DNA of 54,490 nt from Nitrospirota bacterium (GTDB lineage Bacteria; Nitrospinota; Nitrospinia; SZUA-224): contig QIDP01000088.1 in the NCBI GenBank assembly GCA_003229375.1, forward strand, positions 1-54,490, in the 5' to 3' direction. A program made the position numbers and the translations under genes. Positions 27,501 to 35,367 of this stretch are shown here, one piece after another. The notes below the pieces were generated by a model. That model saw only the letters and a program-made list of their open reading frames with translations, was not told where the DNA came from and searched no databases. How positions within the stretch are numbered: the stretch's first letter is position 1; the number at the start of each line of letters is the position of its first letter.

Positions 27501-28355
27501 AATATACTTTTCAATCCTTCCTCCCTGATCAAGGTTAAATACCTCCAGACCAAATCTTACCTTATCACCCATCTTTTGGATGATCCCCTCCGGCGGGCTT
27601 GAGCCAACCTCAACTATGATATTGTATATGTTTGCAGCGCCACTACCATCCCCGCAATTTTTCCATCCACCCATACCGCCCATACCGCCCATCATACCAC
27701 CCATACCATCATAACAGTCATCCTTATCCATACCCATACGTCTTCCATGTCCCCCTCCATATATATTAAATGGCATGCTGGTATTATCTACGTATATCTT
27801 GCCGTCAGCATATACGCCATAATATGTACCATTATATTGTTTCACAAATGTCCTGCAGCAGGCGCCATTGTCAGGAGGAACCTCTCCCTCTAATGCATAG
27901 TTTACTCCGGCTCCGGGGGACCTTGTTACAGCCTTACCTCCTGCCAGTACCTTTCTTGATATGTCTATCCTCCTCATGGTAACCCAGTTAAGAAAATTCC
28001 CGCTCCACGCTCCCGGGCCTGATGAATAAAAACAGCCCTTACCGCCGCATGCGGGTCTGGTACCGCTGCTGTCATAGTCATATTTGAGCAAAGGATCAAA
28101 ATAGCCATAGTAGGTTTTAGTAGAGTCAAAACCGTTATCTGTGGTCTTATAATCATCGTCATTGTCGTATGCCGGCATGTTCATGCTCCCCGAGTTATCC
28201 TGTATAATCAGGACATTGGGTGTTGCAGAGGGCATTATAAATGGAGGATATGCAGTATAGTCTGCCATTGTCTGAGCTGATATATGTGCGGTCTGCAGCC
28301 CGCCCGAAAATAAAACGGCTAATATTATTAATATCTTCTTCATAATCATCACCAT
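24543..28355 (-). CDS. pilY1: PilY1-like vWA adhesin (cassette B, distal copy)
   Basis: LIIQDNSGSM ... MITDGESTQD; VYVGANDGMLHAF; WAYIPYDLLPHLKWL; contains a Met/Gly-rich insert. Confidence 0.9.
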   Translation of the reverse strand: MVMIMKKILIILAVLFSGGLQTAHISAQTMADYTAYPPFIMPSATPNVLIIQDNSGSMNMPAYDNDDDYKTTDNGFDSTKTYYGYFDPLLKYDYDSSGTRPACGGKGCFYSSGPGAWSGNFLNWVTMRRIDISRKVLAGGKAVTRSPGAGVNYALEGEVPPDNGACCRTFVKQYNGTYYGVYADGKIYVDNTSMPFNIYGGGHGRRMGMDKDDCYDGMGGMMGGMGGMGGWKNCGDGSGAANIYNIIVEVGSSPPEGIIQKMGDKVRFGLEVFNLDQGGRIEKYINFDDFVYTDNGLTQTHIKHLVYSIENLHPETWTPLAESLYEGAMYFKQNNPQEYFTTDYDLSSDSYKDPYYFTDIGATVSCCESFVIMITDGESTQDLAIPAAKQNYDGDSNDPGSYSSNGSDYLDDVALWAHTTDLRSDLNPEEQNITLYAVFAFGSGSQLLKDAAKNGGFIDENSTNTPDLQSEWDADNDGIPDTYLEAQEGDMLEAAILSAIDDIFKRSASSGSASVVTASGGGEGSVFQAYFMPSKDGVAWLGYLQALWVDPGGNLREDSNGDGKQILTEDKIIIFDNTTGKINRYGDSDGDGVPDGTPEEISLDAISPIWEAGKKLAERDVSASPRNIYTFVDANEDNWCKPAWAACSSGDGGDFIEFKDTNASTLKPYLRADDTGLYTADNIINFIRGGDISGLRNRTIGAGEWRLGDIIYSTPTVVGRPMENMDFIYADKDYLDFRNLYKDRETVVYVGANDGMLHAFRAGIYHAGDKSGTSETEYGWYEDSNNKRGEELWAYIPYDLLPHLKWLTNKYYSHVYYVDLNPKVLDAKIFTPDSSVHPGGWGTVLIAGMRFGGGELTINNFNNSGSARTFRSAYFALDITVPSSPKFLWRFTDPDLGFTMSYPAVAKVDNNWFVIVGSGPTDYDGTSDQTGHIFIVDLKTGELKRRFDRTESNAFMADPITVDVDLKINDVGGSYATEVAYIGETYKESGAWKGKMFRISMEDDSSPANWDVSTLYDTGTGKSITAAPTTAMNSNKDLWVYFGTGRFLSTDDKTDTNGQSFYGIKEKCWNGSIFACTDTITALYDSSNVVVYEGGEVSTGGNFNDLINDIAAGDGWYIDFSLSGERSLTKPVMFGGMVLFTTFVPDTNICSYGGDGYLYALYYETGTAYEESIMGTDPGTVNADGDEKVLSKVSLGSGSPSQVGLHMGTGETLGGGGGGAGALDVSCGGAANGSGSRLTGFIQGGSGQITQQTLGTAINTNSRVISWKEK

Positions 28356-28542
28356 CCCTTTCTGATTTGAAACTACCTTTTCAAAATTAGTTGATTAAGT
28401 TGATTAGTTGAAACTCTTTTCATTTTTTTCTAATTTCTAATTTCAGTGTTCTGTGAACGCTTACAATAAAATCTATTGACATAATCAACCAATCAACATT
28501 CTCCTATCTATCTCTCCTTCCATGAGATCACCCTGCTGTTTG
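28352..28542 (-). repeat. leader block, copy 2
   Basis: See 24386-24577. Confidence 0.85.
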
Positions 28543-31500
28543 GACTGAGGGCTGTCTCTATTGTTTGTTGTGTGATCTGACCTGAACTGCCCTGCATAAA
28601 TGCCGTTATCTTTGATCCTGATGAATTTGCAACGCTTCCACACGACACATCCAATACACCGATACCTCCACTACCTCCGCCCGCAAGGGTCTCTTCGGTT
28701 CCGATGTGCAGCCCCACAGAAGATGGGATGCCGACTCCAAGGGGTACCTTAATAAGTACCTTTTCCTTACCTGCTTCAGCATCACTCTCGGTACCAAATA
28801 TAGATTCCTTATAGGCGGTTCCTGTCTCATAATACAGGGCATACAGGTATCCATCTCCGCCATCTCCGCAAATGTTGGTATTGGGTGCAAAGGTGGTAAA
28901 GAGTACCATACCGCCGAATATCACCGGTTTACTCAATACCCTCTCTCCTGATACAGAGAAATCTATGCGCCATCCATCATAATCGGTCTTTACCTTAGTG
29001 ACAAGTTCATCAAGAGTGCCGCCGGCTTTTAACTCTCCACCTTCATATACAACCACATTGGTTGAGTCATAAAGATTGCCCGCAGAGCTATAACACCCAT
29101 TGGTCCATTGCTGGTTAACATTATCCCAGCAGTTCTCCATGATACCGTAAAAGCTCTGGACATTTGTATCTGTCTTATCGTTCCGGCCCAAGAACTTGCC
29201 TGTCCCAAAATATACCCAGAGGTTCTGATTACCATCCATAGCCACAGCCGGGGCAGTGCTTATAGACTGACCCGGATTTGTTTCGTAGAGGGATGATACC
29301 TCCCATGTAGAATTATCCGTCTTCGATATCCTGAGCATCTTTCCCTTCCAGACTCCACTCTCTTTATATGTCTCACCTATGTATATCACATCTGTAGCAT
29401 AGCTTCCGTTTACGTCATCTATTTTAAGATCAACATCGACAGTGATGGGATTTGCCATAAAGGCATTGCTCTCAACGAGATTATAAACCTTTACAGCTTC
29501 GTTTACAGCCAGTTTTCGGCCTGTCCTGAGATTCAGGACGAATATGCTGGCAGTCTGATCGCTGGTACCGTTATAGTCTGTAGGCCCTGACCCGACAAAT
29601 ACATACCAATTATTGGTATTAGCCCCTATCTTTGCCACTGCAGGGTATGACATGGTAAAAGCAAGATCAGGATGTGTAAATCTCCACAGGAATCTTGGAC
29701 TCGATGGCACTGTTATATCGAGTGCAAAGTAGGCTGATCTGAATGTCCTTGCACTGCCACTGCCATTGAAATTGTTTATTGTTAATTCCCCTCCTCCAAA
29801 TCTCATACCACCAACAAGTACTGTACCCCATCCACCCGGATGGTCCGCATCAGAGTCGAATATCTTTGCATCCAATACCTTGGTCTTCAGGTCAACATAG
29901 TACACATGGGTATAATTTGGATCGGTAAGCCACTTAAGATGAGGCAGGAGATCATAAGGTATATATGCCCATAACTCCTCCCCTCTATTATCATTGCTAT
30001 CCTCATACCATCCATACTCCTTCTCGTCTGTACCCGGATCATCACCTGTATGGTAGACACCTGCCCTGAAGGCATGGAGCATACCATCATTTGCGCCGGC
30101 ATATACCACGGTCTCTCTATCTCTGTACTTGTTATAGAATTCTAAATAATCTTCATCAGCGTATATAAAATCCATATTTTCCATGGGTCTGCCTACTACT
30201 GTTGGTGTTGAGTATACAATATCACCGAGTCTCCACACCTTAGCTGTCCCATCAACATCTACTGTCCTGTCCCTCAAACCGCTTACACCTTCTCCTCTGA
30301 TGAAGTTTATTATATTATCTGCTGTATATAGTCCTGTACCATCTGCCCTCAGATAGGGTTTAAGGGTTGAGGCATTGGTATCTTTAAATTCTATAAATTC
30401 CCCTTCTCCCTGAGAACATGGCGCCCAGGTATTCTTGCACCAACCATCCTCATTGGTATCGACAACGGCATATATCTTCCTGGCAGATACGTTCATATTA
30501 GCAAGCTTTTTCCCTGCCTCCCAGATAGGGATAATATCATACAGAGGGCCCTTTTGAGGGCTGCCGTCCGGAACCCCATCTCCATTGCTGTCCTGATATT
30601 TCCATACCTCTGTCTCCCCTTTATCATTAACTACCAACTCTACGATTTTATCCTCGGTTAGTATCTGTTTCCCGTCGCAATCACTGTCCTCACGGAGATT
30701 TCCCCCCGGGTCCACCCACAATGCCTGAAGATAACCCAGCCAGTCTACCCCATCCTTAGATGGCATAAAATATGCCTGAAAGAGAGAGCCTTCCCCGCTT
30801 CCTGAGGTTGTTACAACAGAGGTAGAGGCAGAGGACATTGTTTGTTTAATGATACTATCTATAGCGCCTAAGATAGAGGCCTCTAATGCCTCCCCTTCCT
30901 GTGCCTCAAAAAATTTCCCGCCTCCATTATCTGCTGCATCCTGCAGGAGCTGGGAACCTGCGCCAAAGGCAGATATGGTATAAAGTGTTAGATTTTGTTC
31001 TCCGTCAAGTGCTCTCAGATCAGTGGTATATGCCCAGGATGCAACAGCAGGAAGGTCGCTTCCCACAGGTATATTGTCATCCTCTGTAGACTCGCCGTCT
31101 GTAATCATGATGACAAAACTCTCGCAGCATGAGACCTTTCCCCCGATATCCGTAAAGTAATAAGGATCCTTGTATGTATTCGCATCGATCTCATAATCGG
31201 ACGGAGTATTAACTGTATAATAGGGGGACTTCTGACTGAAATACCTTGCCCCCTCATAAAGAGATTCTCCCAGGGGAGTCCATGTCTTAGGATGGAGGTT
31301 TTCTACACTATCTACAAGATGTTCAATATGGGTTTTATTGTCTGTATATACATAATCACCAAAATTAATATACCTTTCAATCCTCCCTCCCTCTGTATCA
31401 TTAAATACCTCAAGACCAAACCTTACATTATTCCCCATCTTTTGAATAATCCCGAGCGGGGTTGAGTCAATCTGAACCCTGATGTTATGTATCCCTGTTG

Positions 31501-32173
31501 TGCCTGCACATGGCTGATATGTATTATCCTTATTTTTTCCCCTGCATCCTCCGCTATATATAGTTGATGCTGAAGGGTCCACAGCAATCTTCCCCTCTTG
31601 CACACAATAATAGTAATTACCATTATGCGGGGTATATATAGCTCCTGCGTCGTTATATTGTTTTATAAATTGCCTGCAGCAGGCGCCATTGTCAGGAGGA
31701 GCTTCTCCTGTTAATGCATAGGGATCGGCCCCGGGGGATCTTGTTACAGCTTTACCTCCCACCAATACCTTTCTTGCTATGTCTATCCTCCTCATGGTAA
31801 CCCAGTTAAGAAAATTCCCGCTCCACTGTCCCGGGCCTGAAGGGTAAAAACAGTCTTCGCCTCCGCATCCTGCAATACCGCTGCCATAGGCATATTTACT
31901 GAAAGGATCAAAATAGCCATAGTAAGTTTTATTCGGGTCAAAATCATTATCTATAGTCGTATAATCATCGTCGTTATCGTATGCCGGTCTGTTCATACTC
32001 CCCGAATTATCCTGTATTATCAGGATATTCGGTGTCGCAGATGACATCATAAATGGAGGATATGCAGTATAGTCTGTCATTGTCTGGGCTGATATATGTG
32101 CTGTCCGCAATCCGCCTAAAAGTAAAACAGTCAATATTATTAATATTCTCTTCATAATCATAATCATCACCAA
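28508..32173 (-). CDS. pilY1: PilY1-like vWA adhesin (cassette B, proximal copy)
   Basis: Same motif set; N-terminal 100 aa closely match the distal copy. Confidence 0.9.
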   Translation of the reverse strand: MVMIMIMKRILIILTVLLLGGLRTAHISAQTMTDYTAYPPFMMSSATPNILIIQDNSGSMNRPAYDNDDDYTTIDNDFDPNKTYYGYFDPFSKYAYGSGIAGCGGEDCFYPSGPGQWSGNFLNWVTMRRIDIARKVLVGGKAVTRSPGADPYALTGEAPPDNGACCRQFIKQYNDAGAIYTPHNGNYYYCVQEGKIAVDPSASTIYSGGCRGKNKDNTYQPCAGTTGIHNIRVQIDSTPLGIIQKMGNNVRFGLEVFNDTEGGRIERYINFGDYVYTDNKTHIEHLVDSVENLHPKTWTPLGESLYEGARYFSQKSPYYTVNTPSDYEIDANTYKDPYYFTDIGGKVSCCESFVIMITDGESTEDDNIPVGSDLPAVASWAYTTDLRALDGEQNLTLYTISAFGAGSQLLQDAADNGGGKFFEAQEGEALEASILGAIDSIIKQTMSSASTSVVTTSGSGEGSLFQAYFMPSKDGVDWLGYLQALWVDPGGNLREDSDCDGKQILTEDKIVELVVNDKGETEVWKYQDSNGDGVPDGSPQKGPLYDIIPIWEAGKKLANMNVSARKIYAVVDTNEDGWCKNTWAPCSQGEGEFIEFKDTNASTLKPYLRADGTGLYTADNIINFIRGEGVSGLRDRTVDVDGTAKVWRLGDIVYSTPTVVGRPMENMDFIYADEDYLEFYNKYRDRETVVYAGANDGMLHAFRAGVYHTGDDPGTDEKEYGWYEDSNDNRGEELWAYIPYDLLPHLKWLTDPNYTHVYYVDLKTKVLDAKIFDSDADHPGGWGTVLVGGMRFGGGELTINNFNGSGSARTFRSAYFALDITVPSSPRFLWRFTHPDLAFTMSYPAVAKIGANTNNWYVFVGSGPTDYNGTSDQTASIFVLNLRTGRKLAVNEAVKVYNLVESNAFMANPITVDVDLKIDDVNGSYATDVIYIGETYKESGVWKGKMLRISKTDNSTWEVSSLYETNPGQSISTAPAVAMDGNQNLWVYFGTGKFLGRNDKTDTNVQSFYGIMENCWDNVNQQWTNGCYSSAGNLYDSTNVVVYEGGELKAGGTLDELVTKVKTDYDGWRIDFSVSGERVLSKPVIFGGMVLFTTFAPNTNICGDGGDGYLYALYYETGTAYKESIFGTESDAEAGKEKVLIKVPLGVGIPSSVGLHIGTEETLAGGGSGGIGVLDVSCGSVANSSGSKITAFMQGSSGQITQQTIETALSPNSRVISWKER

Positions 32174-32202
32174 ACCTCTCTCAAATCGAAAATTAATACA
32201 GA

Positions 32203-32784
32203 CTATCCCCCTATTCCTATTACATACTCATACATGGTTTCTATGTTAGAGATGGCATTGGATCCCCTGCCTACAGAATCTATACGGAATCTCATTGCAC
32301 CACCGCCGCTAGCTAATCCTCCTCCAATTCCCTCGTAACCTGATAAAAACTCCATGGCAGAACCTTCACGAACAATGGTCTCAGAAACACGATCCACATC
32401 TACATCCACGGCAAGCAGATTTATGTTAGTCCGGATATCAGGGGCAAAGTTAGCATCACCTGCAGTAACATTATCAGGATCATCAATTATACTAATTATT
32501 TCTGTTACGAAATTGAGATCCTGTATAATATACTGATCAGCAGCGGAGACGTTACGATCATCCAAGGTGCGGTTTATAAGGCAGTTGCACAGTTCGCTTC
32601 CACCATCTGCTGCATAGAATGTCTCCTGGGCCTGTCTGTAATTGCCACCAATACTGATATCAGTGGAAGAGACCATCAGCGCGGTTGCGCCTAATACCCC
32701 CAGAGCTACCATTATAAGAAGGGAGACGATTATTGCCACACCACTCTCATTTGCAATGACCTGCTTAACACGATTTATCAACAT
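32203..32784 (-). CDS. pilX: PilX-like minor pilin (cassette B)
   Basis: SGVAIIVSLLIMVALGVLG...TDISIGGNYRQAQETFYAADGGSE; AAGGAGG Shine-Dalgarno. Confidence 0.8.
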   Translation of the reverse strand: MLINRVKQVIANESGVAIIVSLLIMVALGVLGATALMVSSTDISIGGNYRQAQETFYAADGGSELCNCLINRTLDDRNVSAADQYIIQDLNFVTEIISIIDDPDNVTAGDANFAPDIRTNINLLAVDVDVDRVSETIVREGSAMEFLSGYEGIGGGLASGGGAMRFRIDSVGRGSNAISNIETMYEYVIGIGG

Positions 32785-32828
32785 AATCTATCCTCCTTAA
32801 AATCGAATTTTTCCTCTGAAAGTCCCCC

Positions 32829-32858
32829 CGCGGACAAACAAGTTTGTCCGTGCCACCC
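32829..32858 (-). repeat. REP family 1
   Basis: CGCGGACAAACAAGTTTGTCCGTGCCACCC on the plus strand. Confidence 0.9.
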
Positions 32859-32909
32859 ACCCATAGAGACTCATTTCGTGTATTCCTCCAACCGCAGCAC
32901 TGTTTTTCA

Positions 32910-33545
32910 TTATAATCCAAGATTTCTTGGTCTGATATTAACGGTGAGGGATCTTATACGATACCCGCCGCCGGGTGCGCCGTTAATATCAAATCCCTGC
33001 CAATTGGAATCTTCCCTCTCTGTCCTGGCAATAACAGTAAGAGATACCTGTCTTATATCATTACGATTGTTCTGTTCCACGGGAAAAACCCCATCAATGT
33101 CAGCATAAGGAATTTGATTCCCGTTTGCATCGAAATAAACGAATGCAAGATTAACAATATTCTCTGACAGAGGCTGGGCAACCCCGTCAACAGCATCTGT
33201 TCTGGCAATCATATTGTTTACAAGGGTGAAGGTAATATCCTCATGTTGATCAGCGGTATCTCCGTCTTCATTCAGATCAGCCCGTATCTGGACTGATGTT
33301 TGGATTGCTGTGATAATCTCATCAAATCCTGTGGTCAGTTGATCATATCCTGCCATCCTGATCTCACGCATCATAAGGTCCATGGCTACCCTTACATTCT
33401 GCTGCATAGCTGCCACCTGTTCCTGAGCCGAATATGTCCTCTGCTGTGAGATAAATATATCATAGGCCCCAATAGTAGCAATCGCACTTATAACTATGGC
33501 AACCATTACCTCTATAAGTGTAAAACCTCTATTATCTGCTTGCAT
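32910..33545 (-). CDS. pilW: PilW-like minor pilin (cassette B)
   Basis: MQADNRGFTLIEVMVAIVIS...QQRTYSAQEQVAAMQQNVRVAMDLMMREIRMAG. Confidence 0.85.
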   Translation of the reverse strand: MQADNRGFTLIEVMVAIVISAIATIGAYDIFISQQRTYSAQEQVAAMQQNVRVAMDLMMREIRMAGYDQLTTGFDEIITAIQTSVQIRADLNEDGDTADQHEDITFTLVNNMIARTDAVDGVAQPLSENIVNLAFVYFDANGNQIPYADIDGVFPVEQNNRNDIRQVSLTVIARTEREDSNWQGFDINGAPGGGYRIRSLTVNIRPRNLGL

Positions 33546-33587
33546 AATTTATTACCTCTTCTCTGAAAATACCCTTTCACCCTAACC

Positions 33588-33617
33588 CACGGACAAACAA
33601 GTTTGTCCATGCCACCC
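33588..33617 (-). repeat. REP family 1
   Basis: CACGGACAAACAAGTTTGTCCATGCCACCC. Confidence 0.9.
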
Positions 33618-33629
33618 TGTGCCTTTCAC

Positions 33630-34223
33630 CTAACTAATACTAACCTCGGTCGAGAGTTTCACTGTGTGAATCCTCCTGTTACCATCTATCCAGCTGACCA
33701 TAACGACTACAGTCTTACGGGTTGTATCTGCCTGAGTTGGAGCGTTATTCCATACATTCCAGATCCTCCAGAAACCCCCAAGCTGGACATTAGCAATATT
33801 ACCGGCATTATCTATATCTATTGGATTAATGATGTTGTTAGGTGCAGGGGTTTCAGAGTTTATATGGTCAAAAGAAATATTTGCATCTACTACATTATCA
33901 CCATCCTTATCCGCATCAAAAAAATCAGGGATACCATCACCATCACCATCATTATCATTATTATCTATCATATTATCTCCGCTGGAATCCCAATTCCTGG
34001 CAGTCCACGCATCCCCTGTTAACTGTGCATCAGTAAAGGCCAGATTTTCCAGCTCCTCCAGCTTGTCCTGTGCCAATATTGTGGCTGTGGTCAGCTTATC
34101 GCTAAAGACATTACCCTGTATCATACTCACGGTCAGGGATGATAACCCCAGCAGACCTACAGCAATAATGACAAGTGATACCATGACCTCTAACAATGTA
34201 AAACCTTTATTGTTAATCAACAT
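33630..34223 (-). CDS. pilV: PilV-like minor pilin with Asp-rich insert (cassette B)
   Basis: MLINNKGFTLLEVMVSLVIIAVGLLG...IQGNVFSDKLTTATILAQDKLEEL; DNNDNDGDGDGIPDFFDADKDGDNVVD. Confidence 0.85.
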   Translation of the reverse strand: MLINNKGFTLLEVMVSLVIIAVGLLGLSSLTVSMIQGNVFSDKLTTATILAQDKLEELENLAFTDAQLTGDAWTARNWDSSGDNMIDNNDNDGDGDGIPDFFDADKDGDNVVDANISFDHINSETPAPNNIINPIDIDNAGNIANVQLGGFWRIWNVWNNAPTQADTTRKTVVVMVSWIDGNRRIHTVKLSTEVSIS

Positions 34224-34258
34224 ATTAATCTTCCCTTCTTCTTTAAATCGAAATTTAA

Positions 34259-34846
34259 TTAATTCCAGCTATTTCTATTCGCGTCGTAACTCCAAACCCT
34301 TATCCTGCCTGCAACGGTTGTTGACACCGCCCTCATGCGGTCCCGACGTCCGGGAGCAATATCATTTGCGGGGATTAAATAAACCGCCCCATTTTCATTA
34401 ATGATTCCCCTGGACGCGAAGCTAACGGTATTGGCAATAGTATTATAAGAAATATTAACAATAGGATTCTCATTCAATACGCCATCAGGATTACCAGCAC
34501 TTCCATACCCTATCCCGAGGCAGGAGACTGATATATTTATTGTCCTGCTTGTCTCTGCACCATCTTGAACATTATTATTATTATCATCATCGATTATGGT
34601 ATATGTATTATTCCCTGCATTAAACTGGATTAGATAGTTATTATTCTCCCTCACAGCCGTCATCCTTGCCAGATGCATCTCTGAGGCAAGCTCCCTTGCA
34701 CAGGAGTTTACCCTTATCCTTGGCATCCATTCAACGATATTCGGGATCGCGATTGAAACCATAATAGCGATCATGGCCAATACAACCATTACCTCTGTTA
34801 ATGTAAAACCCTTTTGACTCTTAAGTGGATTGCTTGTATTGTTCAT
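34259..34846 (-). CDS. fimT: FimT/GspH-like minor pilin (cassette B)
   Basis: KSQKGFTLTEVMVVLAMIAIMVSIAIPNIVEWMPRIRVNSCARELASEMHLARMTAV. Confidence 0.8.
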   Translation of the reverse strand: MNNTSNPLKSQKGFTLTEVMVVLAMIAIMVSIAIPNIVEWMPRIRVNSCARELASEMHLARMTAVRENNNYLIQFNAGNNTYTIIDDDNNNNVQDGAETSRTINISVSCLGIGYGSAGNPDGVLNENPIVNISYNTIANTVSFASRGIINENGAVYLIPANDIAPGRRDRMRAVSTTVAGRIRVWSYDANRNSWN

Positions 34847-34875
34847 TGTTAAATCCTTTCATTTGAAAATCCCCT

Positions 34876-34905
34876 CACGGACAAACAAGTTTGTCCATGC
34901 CACCC
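34876..34905 (-). repeat. REP family 1
   Basis: CACGGACAAACAAGTTTGTCCATGCCACCC; lies in the predicted 5' UTR of fimT-B. Confidence 0.9.
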
Positions 34906-34948
34906 ATCAATCGAAAATCTACATTCAAAAATCGTAAATAGTTAAAGA

Positions 34949-34963
34949 GCAATATGTATGCCA
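34949..34963 (-). promoter_or_regulatory. sigma54 -24/-12 promoter, cassette B
   Basis: Minus strand TGGCATACATATTGC (TGGCAT-N5-TTGC); about 100 nt upstream of the fimT-B ATG. Confidence 0.7.
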
Positions 34964-35150
34964 CTGATCGGCTCTCTATGCTGATAAAGTCAGATACAGG
35001 GGTATCAACAAACAGGAATCATCCTTTATTAACAGAATCATATCCTCTGCTTAACGTCATAACTATTTGTTTTCAATATCATTAATTAATCAAAAAATCT
35101 AAAGGAAAGCTGGCTTGCCTTAGCAAATTGCGGGTTTAGGGGTTGTGAGC

Positions 35151-35178
35151 TGCGGTTTGCGGTTTGCAGATTGCGGGT
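35151..35178. repeat. heptanucleotide microsatellite (TGCGGTT-like, 4 units)
   Basis: tgcggtt tgcggtt tgcagat tgcgggt. Confidence 0.6.
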
Positions 35179-35294
35179 GGCGATATGAATAAATTACATA
35201 TTCTAAACCGTGCAACCAATTTCATGGTTGTCAGGAATATTATACTATATAGTATCTGAATCTTGCACCGCTTCCGTGCAAAAAATCTTTCATG

Positions 35295-35353
35295 CCGGCA
35301 GCCGCAGCCTTCAGGCTGCGATTTTACGCAGGCTTAAAGCCTGCGGCTGCCGG
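35295..35353. repeat. nested GC-rich palindrome (family 2)
   Basis: CCGGCAGCCGCAGCCTTCAGGCTGCG ... CGCAGGCTTAAAGCCTGCGGCTGCCGG; 14 nt downstream of the pilY1-A stop. Confidence 0.85.
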
Positions 35354-35367
35354 TTTTGTATCAGACG

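Noticed and set aside
35111-35125. TGGCTTGCCTTAGCA on the plus strand looks like a sigma54 promoter
   Set aside because: Only 9 nt separate the GG and GC dinucleotides, and no plus-strand gene lies downstream.
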